A program made the translations under genes and the position numbers. Of a DNA stretch of 64,000 nucleotides, positions 36,292 through 50,568 are shown piece after piece (within the stretch, counting starts at the first letter, position 1; the number at the start of each line of letters is the position of its first letter). A model generated the notes under the pieces. That model made no database searches. It was not told the DNA's origin and saw only the letters and a list, made by a program, of their open reading frames with translations. The stretch spans positions 62,001 to 126,000 of the forward strand of contig CBFFRP010000285.1 of assembly GCA_965644295.1 (NCBI GenBank), read 5' to 3'. Origin of the DNA: Paraphysomonas bandaiensis. Its lineage: Eukaryota; Protista; Chrysophyceae.

Positions 36292-37543
36292 ATGCATACG
36301 AGTCTCAGGTATGCATTCATATATTTCAGTTATTGTAACTAATAACTAAATCAGTGATTCGATTTGGTACATAATCATTATGTGTACTATATGTACTGGA
36401 GTTTGGTGTTTGTTTACTGTATTCATGCCTCTTATTAAGACGTTTACCAAACCATATCAACACCCTGTCATAATTGACTTGAATGGTGTACATTACCCCG
36501 TTTCGTACTGGACAGAGAAAGGAGGGCGACCATACCAGGTTACTTCACTATGGAAGTCGCATATTGCTTTGTGTAATTCAATGTTTACAGGAGGATAGAC
36601 ACGATGCGTTGAAAGGGCGTGGTGCAGACGATAGTTCATTATACGGTGTGTTTGATGGACACGGTGGACATAGAGCAGCACAATACTGCAAGAAACACAT
36701 GTTAAATACAATACTTGCTGATGAAATGTTTGAATCGAACCCAGCTGAGGCTATGATCAAGAGCTTTCACAGGTTGGTAGATTTGTACAAACTTACATTC
36801 AAACTGTCAACCAATGGATTCTGGGTAAATAGGATTGATAGTGAATTTGTGGGCGTGTCAAAGAAATGGGGGTATACGGACGGCACCACGGCCGTAGTTG
36901 CTCTCATTAGCAACAAACATATAGTGGTTGCGAACGCCGGTGACTCGCGTTGCATGATAGTACAGAGGGAAGGGAGAGCATATGCACTCTCTGTCGATCA
37001 CAAGCCGTCACGGTATGACAAGCAAACGTCTTTGCTACTTTCTAAAATACTTATGTAGAGAGGATGAGGAACAACGTATTAAAGACCTAGGAGGAAAAGT
37101 AATTTTTTGGGGTCGGTGGAGAGTGGAGGGTGTGCTCGCTGTCTCAAGAGCAATTGGCGACATCAACCTGAAACCATACGTTACTTGCGACCCCGAAATT
37201 CAGACAAAAGAAATTACCGATGAGGATTTATACATGGTCATAGCTTCTGATGGCCTATGGGATGTGATGACGAATGATGATGTTGCTTCCTTTGTAATCA
37301 GGTGGGTGATTTCTTCATTCATGCTTCTTTATGTATCCTCATATGTGCACCCGCGGAGTAGAAGTTGTCAGCGACAGGATTTTAAACACATCGCTAGGGA
37401 TCTTTGCTGCGAAGCATTTCTGTTAGGCTCCACAGACAACGTAACGGTCCAAGTGATTGATTTAAGGTTAATATGACAGAGATTGAATCTGTAGCAGCTC
37501 TAACTTGATTACGACATGCAGGAAGAAATGCAGTGTTACATGA
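36292..37543 (+). CDS. Protein phosphatase 2C (multi-exon)
   Basis: GGRPYQ|[53 protein letters not shown]. Confidence 0.92.
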
Positions 37544-37651
37544 CCACAGGGCCTCTTCATAGTTATGTAAATATATTTGGAGTATCGTCGTTAGAATTTA
37601 GAATATCTCTAATTTAAACATAAAATGGTTATTGTTTTGTATTTAGTTGAC

Positions 37652-37776
37652 TAGTAGTGAATGTCTTATTATTAGCAATAGGCGTTAAGAGTCAGTGCTT
37701 AACTCTGATAGCCTACTATGTAACGCTACGAAAGCTGCTTGTGCTTCACCGTAAGCACCAAAGTGCGACCACTTTC
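37652..37776 (-). mobile_element. 3'-end remnant / SINE-like relative of the non-LTR family
   Basis: Reverse complement matches 56143-56325 with a shorter middle; ends GACATTCACTACTA. Confidence 0.75.
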
Positions 37777-38247
37777 GCTCTATTACTCAAAGCAAACGCA
37801 GTGAGAAAGCAGAATGTTGATATACCTGGCATCTGCTGACTTTAGGATTTTTGAGTCCTTAAGGTGAACAGCCCGGATGCTTGACATCAGCAGGCAGCCC
37901 AATACCCCAGACGCCCTTGAGGTGGTCACATTCCCATTGCCTGTTTATTCGTTAGGGCCCAAAGACGTCTACAAAAGTGACATATCTTAATAGTGTTCCT
38001 TATATCACACAAGCATTAGGCTATGTGTGGACAGAAAATTATCTGCTGACTATACATGTAGAAAATATCTCCGGTATTTATTATTTATCCCCCAGAACAC
38101 CACGAAAAGGTGTAAGTCCGACTTTGTTATGGGCAATAATTGCTAATTGACATTTAATAGAATACAATTAAGTGCTACGTAACCCTGTAGAGTAGGTCAC
38201 TTTTGAGTGCTCAGTGTTAGAATACGTATATTTTTCTAAGATAGTAC

Positions 38248-38530
38248 TGTAGAATACGTTAAATACAATATGAAAAACAGTATTATGTAGTCAAAGATAC
38301 TATATAGTATATAGCTATAACAGTGAAACTGAAGTATCATGACAATTCAAGATACGGAAGTTGAGCAGTGGTTGACATGAACGAAATATATATTATGCTG
38401 TTGACGTTGACATGTTTTAGATAACAACACACAATAGTGTGTCCAATATAATAAAATAGTCTATCTATAGTTTGATACAACAAGCTTCTCTTAACGATCT
38501 TAATTATGTGAAAATGACGTTAAGAAAAGT
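38248..38530 (+). mobile_element. Degenerate solo LTR of the 5885 family
   Basis: Shares GAATACGTTAAAT and GTGAAACTGAAGTATCATGAC.ATTCAAGATACGGAAGTTG with 5885-6147; no clear TSD. Confidence 0.65.
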
Positions 38531-38673
38531 TGCGTCGTTGGACTATATAGTATATAGGGTATAATTAAAGGTTAATGGTAATGCCATTATAATTGCCGGG
38601 ACATTCTTCATTAATGCCGTTATAATTGCCGTGAACTGGACTACCATTAATGGTTACCAGGCCCTTCAGCTCT

Positions 38674-38775
38674 GTATCTTTAATCATCACGATACTTCAG
38701 TTTCACAGCTCAATAGCTATACAGATTTGACAACGTAATACTTTTCTATCTCAGGGAAACATACTTATTCCAACA
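38674..38775 (-). mobile_element. Partial LTR of the same family, inverted
   Basis: Reverse complement starts TGTTGGAATA and contains GTGAAACTGAAGTATC. Confidence 0.6.
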
Positions 38776-39062
38776 ATCACTGGTAGCAAAAAGTTCAGTT
38801 GAATTGGTGAAATAGTAAATATCAGCGAAACAATAGTGAGCAGTACTGACGCACATTGCTTTATAATTACATATCATCCTATTCAAGTTTATATTATTGA
38901 GTGAATGAAATGTTACTACGTGCGAAAAACTGTCAAATTAATAGTGCCTAAAATACGCACAAATACTTCCAGAATGGGAATAAATATAACAAATTTGAAA
39001 ATCTGATCGTCGCAATGAATGTTTGCTTACCATATATGGCTTCTAAATTTGGACGACAACTA

Positions 39063-40619
39063 CTACATTTTCCAGTTCAAGCTATCCAATGAGGACGGTG
39101 CAGTCTGATTCTGCGGAGGGGCAGCGAAGCCTCTTCCTCTGCCCATGGCAGGGGCGGTCCCAGCAGACCCTAGACTAGAAATCGCAGCGCTATTCGACGA
39201 GTACATTCCTCCTCCCATTCCCATATGCTGCTGCTGTGGCTGAGAAGAAGTGAAGGATGCGAAAGGGTCAGCGGACTGGCTTTGCCGAGGCTGCTGTGGC
39301 TGTAAGTTTTGAGGCGATAACACAGGGAACCCTCCACCTCCAGAACCACCCATGTGAGTCACGCCAAATGGCACAGATGGCTGCTGACTGGCCGTTGCCT
39401 GTGGCGATTTCATTACACTGGGGCCAGTTCCACCTGAAGTAGTCATCTGGTTTAAAGAGGGTCCACTCTGAGCTGTCGAAGTTTGTGGCCTGGGCCCGTT
39501 CCCCTTGAGATCCAGGTCCACCAAGCCCGACCACTGGTCTTTCTTTTGTGGAGGGGCTGGTGCAGGGGTAGGATCAGGGTTATTTGCGACAACAGTCGCA
39601 CCAGTGTCATGGGAAGTAGGGGGAGGGGGGGGCATATCGAATGTCAATCCTGAGAACTCGTTAAGAATATCATTGGAAGTCTTCTGGGGCTGGTTTTGCG
39701 AAGTCGAAGGTGTGGGATCAGAAAAGAAATCGAATTCAGCAGCAGTTTGGGCCTTGGGCTGAACTGCCGCTGACTGAGAGGGATGCGAGAAGGGGTCAGA
39801 GGACTGCCCGCTGGACAACGTCCCGAAAGCGTCGAAGCCATCGCTCTGCGATGAAACCTTTTGATCAGTGCCGAATGCACCGCCGCCGAAAGCGTCAGTG
39901 GTGGCACCTTGGGTCGGCTCAGAGGAGCCGAATGGGTCGAAAGATGCTGATCTCTCTGTTCTCTCTGAGGAAGAAAAAGGATCGAATGATCCAGATCGAG
40001 TGGCCCTTCCAGTAGGAGAGAAAGGGTCAAACGTGCCGCCAGTCTCCTGCTTTTCAACTTTCTCTGGTGCTCGAGTCACAGGTTTATTCTTGGTGGTCTC
40101 GGTTGCCTGCTGTGCAACGGCAGGCTTGTTCAAAGTTGTTGGCTTTCTCTGAAAGTCTTCAAACCGGACACTGTCAATAGTGAAGACGTACGTGGGGTCC
40201 GTAGCAACACTTGTATCTGCTTCTACACGAAACAAATGACCGGATGACTCCCATCCATGAGAAAAGTCACTCGAAAATGGGTTGCTCGCAGAAGTGATCT
40301 CTCTCCCATCTTCAGATATCACCTATATGAATTTAAATTGTAAAAAAACAATAGTCACAACGATGGAAGCTATACCCTCTTTCCAGATAACACACTGTGG
40401 ACGAGCAGAACTTCATGTTCTCTATCGCTGTCACACCATCCAAATCTCCATGTAACTTTTCTTTTAGTACCTGATAAAACAGTGAATAAATCACACTATA
40501 ATGTATACTAGATCCATATTACCTGCGATGGTTTTACCAGTTTGTTGATTAGAGTGTGTGATCCTATAGGGAGTGGGCTTTGGAACAAATTTAATAGAAC
40601 CACGACGAGAGGATGACAT
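39063..40619 (-). CDS. FAIM-like N-terminal domain plus DPF-rich disordered tail (putative endocytic accessory protein)
   Basis: KRKVTWRF..HEVLLVHSVLSGKR|VISEDGREI; repeated FDPF/DPF/DAF motifs, WSGLVDLD; 2 introns. Confidence 0.65.
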
Positions 40620-40862
40620 TACACACAAAATAAAATATTAATTTCTTATAAAAATCTGGAGTGATATGAGTGTTAATGTGTGTAATATGTGCATATACAC
40701 TTGATGCAACAATTGATCGCAACCCCCCTCCTTACACAGAGAGAGGAATCATATGCAGCAATGGAATGCCGCCAAAAATAGCATCCAACACATGTTTTAG
40801 ACTTCTAAAAAAATACCTATAGGAGAGTCCATACAAGTACATCCCTAGCTACATATATCTAC

Positions 40863-41558
40863 TACCTACCTACGTACATACATATACATACATACATACA
40901 TACATACATACATACATACATACATACATACATACATACATACATACATACATACATACATACATACATACATACATACATACATACATACATACATACA
41001 TACATACATACATACATACATACATACATACATACATACATACATACATACATACATACATACATACATACATACATACATACATACATACATACATACA
41101 TGCATACATACATACATACATACATACATACATACATACATACATACATACATACATACATACATACATACATACATACATACATACATACATACATACA
41201 TACATACATACATACATACATACATGCATACATACCTACCTACCTACCTACCTACCTACCTACATACATACATACATACATACATACATACATACATACA
41301 TGCATACATACATACATACATACATACATACATACATACATACATACATACATACATACATACATACATACATACATACATACATACATACATACATACA
41401 TACATACATACATACATACATACATACATACATACATACATACATACATACATACATACATACATACATACATACATACATACATACATACATACATACA
41501 TACATACATACATGCATACATACATACATACCTACCTACATACATACATTCATACATA
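40863..41558. repeat. (TACA)n/(TACC)n compound microsatellite, ~700 bp
   Basis: Array between divergent start codons (40619 -, 41918 +). Confidence 0.98.
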
Positions 41559-41917
41559 GAGCCGTTTTTGTGTATGTGTGTTTGTTTTTTTGGTGGATGT
41601 TACAATTAAAGAAACGAATATATATACATGTACATATAGCATAGAGTCATCACGATACATTCCCCTCATTGTAGTAAGGTTTCTCACTTTAAAGTATTCA
41701 AAGGTTGTAGTTGTCTTGATTATTTCATGGTTAGACTTGTCGTTTGAGTTCACAGTGTTCAGAGTCATACAGCTAATGCAATAAGCCTAGTAACCTTCCA
41801 TCTCTGATCTACTTGCTCTAATTACATACAATACATTGAACACAGACCTCTGTTGTATAAAGGGATACACATATAATTATCAGATAAGCAAGTTGTTGTT
41901 TCCTCGTCATTAGCAAG

Positions 41918-43692
41918 ATGAATCCACGAACTCTGGAACCTATTGACCCGGCAGTTGTACGTCCATCAAGTGTGGAAAAAAAACGTCACCGTAAATTAAA
42001 ATTAGAAAAATTGAGACAAGAGAAACACGCCACTACAATTCAGTCAATATGGCGTGGTGCAAAGACCCGCAAGGAACTAGAGAAAAATACTACAGCTGGA
42101 AGCCCTTGTAGTGGGCCAACGAAGTGTGATAATGAGAATGTCGATGGGCCTGCGTCTAGTCAGTCGGACGAGGAGAATAAGGAGGCTATAAGCGAAGACA
42201 TCGTTTTACCAGCGGATGCTCAGAAAGAAATCTCTTCTGATCGGAAACCTGAGGACGAGCCTCAAACTTATTCGTGGCCGGAGACAATGCACGATACGTT
42301 TGAGTACTGCGAGAGCGATCAGTGGCACAATTTAGAGACTGCCAGCCATCACGATATTATGGCATGGGTATTAGACAACAAAAAGGTGTTGTTCCGGGCT
42401 GTGACCTGGAATATGATGGCCAAGAAGCCACCACCTGCTGAAGATATACAGCGCAAGCTGCTACCTCTTAATAGGTATAAGACACTGTATGTGGATCCTG
42501 CTGTTGTAAAGTATACTTCCAATAAGGTTTCATATTATTGCTTTCGGAACGGAGGAGTGTGAGAGATCCATCGCGAAGTCTGCTGTCAACCCAAGCAAGC
42601 GCATCTGGGAGGCGTATTTGCTAGAGGTCGTGGGCGAAAAATATGTGCCGCTTCGCTCCCACACACTGCAGGTGAGATGTGATTGTATTTAAATTTATTA
42701 CTTTAGAGGTAAACATTCAGTGCAGGCCACTCACATTATGGTGTTTGTTCATGCCGCAATTATGCCGATGGTATCAGAAGTGTCATCTGCTGCGGTTGCA
42801 TGCGGTGTGGCTAACAAACTCGGAAATAAAGGCGGTGTCGCAGTGTCAATGAAAATAGCAGATAGTCGATTTGTGATAGTTAACGCTCATCTAGCTGCTC
42901 ACCAGAATGATGTCGATGAGAGGAATGCTCAAATAGCGAAGATATTTGCTGAGCTTCCCTCTCTATTGGTGCGTCGGAGCGCAGCAGATAAAGTCATTGC
43001 TGTAGATCCAAGTGTGGAGGTCGATGCTGATAACAAGAATAATGATGCTAAAGTTCCAGAGAATGGTAGTGTTGAGTATGATGTCAGCATGGAGACGTTT
43101 GCAGATCGACTGGTGTTTATGGGAGACCTTAACTATCGCATAAACGGAAACAGGTTGCAGGGTCAGTATGTTGCAACAGTCATCGTAATTTTTTCTTGGC
43201 AGATCTGTAGTGGATAAGCTTCTTCGAATGAATATGTACGAAGTCCTTCAATCCAATGATCAACTGCGGTGAGTTCTGTTTCTTAATTTACGCATGCGCC
43301 CACGTACATTGTCCAATTTTTGCAGGTTAAGTAAAGCTGCAAATAAGATTCCGACTTTCCTTCACGGTAACACTTGTTCTTAATAGTTCTCGTAGAAGAC
43401 TAATATGATTTCAGAGGCACCGGTTCACTTTTTTCCAACTTATAAACTTGATGCTGGAAAGGACGATTATGACACCGGGCCTAAGCAGCGCATTCCTAGT
43501 TGGACTGACAGAATTTTATACAAGCAAGATGGAATGGAAGCTATTGCATATGACTCTGTTCGTGATGTAAGAACCTCGGATCACAGGCCAGTTTTTGCAT
43601 CTTTTATTGTAAATATAGATGCGATGAAAGATAACTACATGGAATCGTCGCATGCATTTAGCTCTGAGAGTCAAGTATGCCGCATTATGTAG
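41918..43692 (+). CDS. INPP5E: Inositol polyphosphate 5-phosphatase, INPP5E-like (IQ motif, C-terminal CaaX)
   Basis: IQSIWRGAKTRK; VTWNM; GNKGGV; NAHLAAHQ; GDLNYRI; PTYK..PSWTDRIL..SDHRPV; ends CRIM. Confidence 0.85.
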
Positions 43693-44278
43693 TTTTTTTA
43701 TTTACACCATGTTTATCTCGAGTGTAAAGTGTAGTAAACTGTTATATAGAGAGTACTATTAACTCACAGAAGTTAACGGTATACTAGATATATTATATAC
43801 ATTGGGTTTAAGTGAAGAAACACTTTGGAGCAGTTTTATTTTTACTATGTATATCGCAGTAAATTACTCTTCCTACAACGAGGCTTCATGTGTGTAGGTT
43901 AGACAAAACCATGGTGTGATGGAGTGTGATGAATGAGATTATAAAATTATCCGTTATATTTATCATTCTAATTTAATTCCGCTTAGTTGTGATGAACAAG
44001 CCGTATAATAAGAAATATAAAGCAGAAATGCAGAGTAATTTGAAGTGCAAGTATGCAGCTGGAGCTAGGGAACAATATAGTGTAATATTCGACCGTATAT
44101 AACCAATATACCCACGTTGTTATTGTTAATGCTAGAAAAGTTTATATTAAAAGGCGTCGTGCGTATATGATAAATGATTCAGGTAAGTCGTACAAAAGTA
44201 TCATATATGAGATATTAGTGTATGTTGTATGTGTGATGAAGGTAATGTTGAATGTTGACGACATAGGTATGTATGTAT

Positions 44279-44386
44279 CAGGGCTGTGTAACAATTCAGA
44301 TTAGATGTGATGAATAAGCTGTATAATATAAAAGTTAAAGTAGAGATTAGTGTTTAATAATTGCAATTAATTGTTACGCAGCCCTG
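44279..44386. mobile_element. hAT-type MITE, same TIR family as 14110
   Basis: CAGGGCTGTGTAACAATT / AATTGTTACGCAGCCCTG inverted ends; TSD not clear. Confidence 0.65.
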
Positions 44387-44515
44387 CATAGATTTGACGT
44401 ATTCAAACTTAAGAAGAAAAGTAAAACAGAATATTCGATTCTTAATAATAAGATGTTTTAGACGTAAATATATTGCAAAAACTCTTTGTGAAACAAACGA
44501 AATTAAATAATTCAT

Positions 44516-45376
44516 CTACACAAGAGGTGGCAAAGGGGGTGGAAGGGGAATGGATTTTTTATCGACAGGTGAAGAAGATGTACAACTGGAATCTAATCTA
44601 TCAGCGGGAAGAGAAGAACAAGATTTTTTCTCTCTCTTCGTGTGCTTGTAATATGTTGCATCGGCATTACATACACTCAGAGCTTCTTCCTCGCTAGCAT
44701 CACATGGTACTATTGCAGTGCCAATAGGAATCGGCCTCGGATGGTAGGATCCCGGAGGCGGATGAATCCAACTCTCATTTATTGGGCAATCTTGTGAAAT
44801 GCTGGCCTTAGCTTCCGCCGTAACGATGTGTAGATATAGGCTTAATTCTGCATCATCACCCAGCCACACACACAACGGCGTCCAGTAGGGTCCAACAGGA
44901 TTCCCAACAGTGACCACACGTGTCCCTATAGGAAAAACGTTCAATATATTGTGACCCATGATCTCATATCCAAAATAACTCAGAAACATGTATACAGATA
45001 TATCAGTGAAGGCGCCTGGATTGAACTCTTTGCAGAACTGTTCGGCATCACACTGCAACACTGCGACCGATGTATCACTTTTATATTGAACTCTCTTTCG
45101 TGCACGTTCAACAAGTAAGGGATCGTTTTCTACTCCCATACAAGTGCAGTCATAATTTGTGGTAATGTATTCAATGACATGACCTTCCCCGCATCCTATA
45201 TCAATTACAAGAGAATTGCATGCATTGGGATTCAATAGAGTCAATGCTCGGTGTAATAAGACCTTCGATTTAGATTCTTTGAAGCCAGCTAGTACACGAC
45301 AGTTTTCCATTGAGGCTTTGTCATATATTATGCAATTAACTATTAAACTATGCACACTAACAGACCATACATGCAT
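44516..45376 (-). CDS. Class I SAM-dependent methyltransferase
   Basis: VIDIGCGEG, CMGVENDPLLVERA, GTRVVT; start may be at 45310. Confidence 0.8.
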   Translation of the reverse strand: MHVWSVSVHSLIVNCIIYDKASMENCRVLAGFKESKSKVLLHRALTLLNPNACNSLVIDIGCGEGHVIEYITTNYDCTCMGVENDPLLVERARKRVQYKSDTSVAVLQCDAEQFCKEFNPGAFTDISVYMFLSYFGYEIMGHNILNVFPIGTRVVTVGNPVGPYWTPLCVWLGDDAELSLYLHIVTAEAKASISQDCPINESWIHPPPGSYHPRPIPIGTAIVPCDASEEEALSVCNADATYYKHTKREKKSCSSLPADRLDSSCTSSSPVDKKSIPLPPPLPPLV

Positions 45377-45951
45377 GCATTGAGGGCAAGAAGTGTTGTA
45401 TTCTACGCGGTTTTTACAAGATTTCGGAATATATTGCTAAAATTTACAGATTGCAAGCAAAATATGGAAAATATTGAGATAAACTCCAATTTTTACTGAA
45501 TTTGTTCCAGTACTTTCTGTGTACTGTACTCAGAAAAGATATTATGAAAAGCACTGTTTTCGTACTCAGTTTACCAGTGACTCATATGTCCCCTCTCAAT
45601 ATCAGAGTTTTTATAGCAGTATATGCACTATATAGCAGTTTGTCCCTATAAAAACTATATATAGGAAATTATATATATAAAAACTAGTATAAATATGCAG
45701 TAGAAATCAGTTTCATTTTTTTTATTATATCTTTCATATGTATTGTACGTAGACATACATATACACACATATACATATACATAAACACCAGCATGTACAG
45801 CAGTATATACATACATACATACATACACATAGAGATACACCACACCACACTCTACTATACTCTTAACAGGATCATATCATACACTCAATGAACCCTTAAT
45901 CTTCTTATATAATCCTCTAATAATCTTTCATTATAATAAAACAACGATACG

Positions 45952-48900
45952 ATGGGTAATGAAATATCAGCTGCTAAGATTGATATCATTGAAGACTCTC
46001 GTAGTAGTGAACGTAAACGGACTGTGATTGCAGATGCTACGAAATCATTAGCAAAATCACAAATTAATCATCAATTTGTATGGTATTATCCAAATTGGGA
46101 ATCTTATTTAGATGAATCTGGAAATACTTATTATTATAATGATCTTACCAAAGAAACCAAATGGGATCCTCGTGAATTAGATGATGGATATGAAGGACAA
46201 TTAGAATCTACTCAAGAAGATATTGAATGGGAAGGTCCAGCACCTACATTAGGTGAATCAGGGAAAACATTTTCACGAACAAGTAGTCTTGAAGAATATT
46301 ATGCAAAGAAAACACAACAAATGGAAGAGAGGAAAGAAGAACTTAAAGCTGATCCATTTGCTCATTGGAAAGAGCTCAGTAGAGTTGGAAAAATTGATTA
46401 TTTGACTGTTGAGGAGCATGTGATCGAGTCAACTGACGTTGTTGCCGAGGTATCACAAGGCTCATTTGAACCTGAACTCCTCTACAAGCTACCATGGGCT
46501 TATAAAGTTCAGCAACTAGGTGCTGCTGTGAAGGCATGTTATCTTGAAGTTGGAGATATGTTTGACTCGTCCAAGTATGATAACTGTAATGATGTCCCGC
46601 GCTATGATGACGGTGGATTGGTCATGTGGTGGTCTGATTTAGAGGAAATGCATATGGCAGTGAATATTGTCATCGACAGTGGGGTGGTTGGACAAGAAGC
46701 GGAACACTATTCCGAAGAAATGAAGAAACTACAAGAAATCGCATCAACAGGGAACGAAGAAGACATGCTTGAGGGATTTCTCGCCAGAAAGATTCAGGTG
46801 GATAATGAGCTGACCAGTCTAAGAGCAAGGTATTTAGTAGAGATGTGGCTAACAAAGTGCGTGTGATTTGCTTTCAGGTGTTTTGCTGCTGTTTGTATGG
46901 ACAATGGGCCAACCAGGGAGCAGTTGGACAATATTTACTCGTACGTCGACTGTGCTATGTATTTCTGCGTCCGTGATTGTTTTTAGGTATCTCAAAGAAA
47001 ATGTTAACAGTGATACAGTTTTGGATGACATTCAAGACGAGGTGATGACAGTACATGTTTGCTTGCTTGTGTCATATTTCTTGTTCTTAGATGGAGGAAG
47101 TTGTTTCCACAGTGGTAGAGCAGAAGCATCGATACATGGTGGATGTTGTTTTAATGATGGGCTTGCTGGAAGATGAAGAGGAGCGTCTTGAGAAACGCAT
47201 AAGGAACTTCAAGGGTGGAAGACGCAGGCTTGGCGCTCAGAGCGATGACCAGGAAGACAGTCAGGATGAGTTAGATGAAGAGCAGCTTGGAGTAGGTGAC
47301 AGCGCCGCTTTAAATGAGATGACAGGTCAAGTCGAAGAAGGTCTTATTGTTGAGTGTGACCCTGAGGGAGGATCGATGCCACAGAGTGTTAATGGAACCA
47401 TTGACGATAGCGAGCTTCTAGCAGCGGCTGATAGAGCGACTGTGAAATCCAAAATAGCCGAGCAAGCCAGTGAAGCGTCGAAACTATCCGAAGAGTTGAT
47501 GCACCAAAAAAGTCAGAAATCAAAGGCTCTCCAAGAGCGTTTGGCAAAGAAGAGGGCAGAGCGAGAGAAACAGTTGATGGAAGAGGGTCTCAGTTCCGAA
47601 GAGGTGGTGGCTAAAGTGGAGCTGGAGATTATTGAAGAGAAGGCTGCTGCTGAAGATGAAATGGATAGAATGGTCACTGAGGCATTGAAAACCAAAGATT
47701 TGGAAATTAAAGAGAAACTAGATAAAGTTGCTGATGAAGAAGCTAGTCGTATTAGTAGTGAGATCGAAGAGGAGAGAGTAATGAAAGTAGAAGCTCTGAA
47801 GCACGATCTCGATGATCAGCGCAAGCGTAGGGAGGAAGAAGTCATGAAGGAAATGAACTGCGGAGCAGCTGCAGCTGCCGCAATCGTCGAAGATGAAATA
47901 GCTGAAAAAGAAGCTGAAGAGATGAAAAAAATCGAAGACGAGCTTCGTCTGAAAGCTGAGAAACGGAGAATGGCAGTGGTTGAATCTATTAGAGATGAAC
48001 ACTTGAAAACTGCGGAACAGTTAGAAAGTGAACTTCAATCCCAGAAGGAACGAAAAATTAAATCTCTCAAAAATCGATTGGAAAAACGTAAAGAAGCCCG
48101 AGCCAACGAATTGATGAATTCCGGTGTTTCCGTAGATGAGGCTGTTGCAGTTGCTGACATAGAGGTGAAGGGAGAAATCGAAGCAGAGATGAAAAAAGTG
48201 GAGGAAGAATCTCAAGCGCAACTTGAAGAAGCGAAGATGGCCACAGTGAATGCACTGAAGGCAGTTCAAGAAAAAGAAGCTGCTCGGTTAGAGCAAGATC
48301 TTTTACATCGAGAATCTCGGCAGAAGCGCTCGCTACATGAGCGGCTGGCGAACAGAGAGAAGAAGAGGGAAAAAGCCCTTCAAGAGGACGGTTTCAGTGA
48401 AGATGAAGCAAAGCAAATTGCTGAAGAGGAACAGAAAACAGCCGAGGCAAAAGCACTAGAGGCGATTGAGATGGAGATGAAGACAATAAAAGATGCCCAA
48501 GAGGCCGAATCGAAGCGGCTTGATGAGTATCACTCTGTCAAAAGGGAGTCAAACAAGAAAAGTCTTGAGGACAGATTAGCCAAAAGGAAGGCCAAAAAAG
48601 AAACTGAGTTGACCCCAGAAGAAAAAATGGAGCAATTCTTGAAATCTGTACGTGAACGACAAAAACAGAATTTAGACAAATTATCTGCCTTTATTGATGC
48701 GGAAAAGTCTAAGGCTATCGCAGCTGCAGAGTCGAATATGTCCTTAGAATCTGAGAACCATACTGATCCTATCCATACGGCGATGCTTTTTGCAGTTGTT
48801 AAGGAAAGCATGCTTACTGGCTACAAGAAACAGTGTGTGTACCAAGTGCGAGCTATTAAAGATAATCAACAACCACGTGACCTCTCTCCAGAAGAACATA

Positions 48901-50568
48901 GAGCTGCAATGGTAACGGCTTCGGAACAACTTATTTCTCGCCATGCCCGCGACCAGAAGGGCATGATGGACACTCAGATTGCAGAGCAACAGCGAACGCG
49001 GGTCAAGCTGGAGGAGGACTGTGCACCTATAGAAAAGATTATGGATATGGAGGAAAAATATTACAAACGAAATGTGGACTCCGTTCGCAAACAACAGGCG
49101 AAACTGTTTCTTGCGCTTGCCGGTGTCCACGTTGATGTAAGCTTGCTTGCAAATACAAGTTCTGCTGCCGATCCTGATGCCCTTGATGATGAAGACGATA
49201 TCTTTGGCGATTCTCATGCAGCAAGTACCGTTTTCAGTGAAGATGCCTGTGCCTGGTTTTCTGGAGTTATGGGCTTATATTCTGTATATGACAAAGTTCC
49301 AGACGCTCTCATTTCTAAACTACAACATGTGATGATGCAGGTACTGTGAGAGTTCTTATTAGTTGTGTAATTTACGCTACTCCAGATAAAAGTTGAAGTT
49401 CAAAAAGGAAATGCCAAAGCCCTCGAGGTTGCACCTGCTGGGGCGGTGCTCTATCAGCTGAGCTTGGCAGTTCTTAAAGCAATATGTGACGCCTTTGAAC
49501 AGCAGATTAGTAACGCATTGCTTGTTCCCTCATACTCTTCTGTAAGTCTTTAATATTCTTTAATAGTTTCTAATATGTTGTTGTAGGCAAGCTCTAGAGA
49601 TATTAAAGAAGCTATTTCGAAATCTGTTGATAAAATGCGGTCAAACTTAACACTTGAGGCTGCCTTCAATGCAGGAGAGGCCAGCGATTTTGTCAAAACG
49701 CATTTCAAAACAGCCCTGGATCAGTTTTTGGAGAATCCAGTGATTCCTACCCACGCCTTCCTTGAAGCATTGAAATCGATGAAGTCCATGCAGTCAGCTA
49801 ATGCAAAGACGACTGGTTCCGGAGAAAATCCAACAGCAGCAGTGGACGAATTACGAGATAGGAAATCTCGAATGATAAAGAGCATAGAGACGAAAGTTGA
49901 AAGGAAAAGGCGAGATATCCACGAAAAATTTAGGAAGCGCTTGTGCGTAGTTCCGTATCTATCAATCGATTGTGTTATTCATACTTTGTCTTTTCAGGGA
50001 GCATAAAACTCATGAATGCAAAGAGGCAAAGATTGAACTTCCAGAAGATTTTTCCTCGTCAGAAGAATCTGCACAAAGGGAAGAAATCATTAATTTAGAT
50101 TTGGCTTTTGAAGAGGTCAAGGATATTATAAACAGCAGTTCTGCAGATAACTTGAAGCTGGTAGTTCATGGAGCCATTGCTGATAACTTGTTTTATACTG
50201 TGCGTTCATATTGTAGGTAAGTGTTGATGGTTTAATGCTTGCATTGGAAAAGAAATTGAAAGGAGACTCCGTGGAAAGCCTTGATTTCAAGCAATTAGAG
50301 GTTTGTATTGCTGTATATATGTAATGCGGTTTAACGAAGGTGATAGCTTGAAGCTCAAAAAGAAAACGAGAAGTTGGAAGCCAAGCGTCTAATGAAAATG
50401 CAAAAGGATGAAGCTGAAAAGTTGGATGTCATGTTAAAGGTATACAATAATGGTCCTGATACCATACTTCTGATTTACAAGCTGCATTAGGTCCAGCGAG
50501 CACGTGAACAGCAAGCTCTTCAGAAGCGCCTGTTGGCGAGAAAGTCAAAATCAAAAAAGTCTGCGTAA
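45952..50568 (+). CDS. Large WW-domain plus coiled-coil protein (multi-exon)
   Basis: WESYLDESGNTYYYNDLTKETKWDP; E/K-rich repeats (SLxxRLAKK); exons joined by ~50-nt introns; ends LQKRLLARKSKSKKSA*. Confidence 0.75.

Noticed and set aside
37840-37990. Possible ribozyme or ncRNA in a GC-richer intergenic patch
   Set aside because: Only short hairpins; no hammerhead or HDV core recognisable by eye.
46857-46877. Apparent 21-nt micro-intron or in-frame TGA in the coiled-coil gene
   Set aside because: A normal 48-nt intron (46830-46877, with GCTAAC branch-like site) restores the frame.
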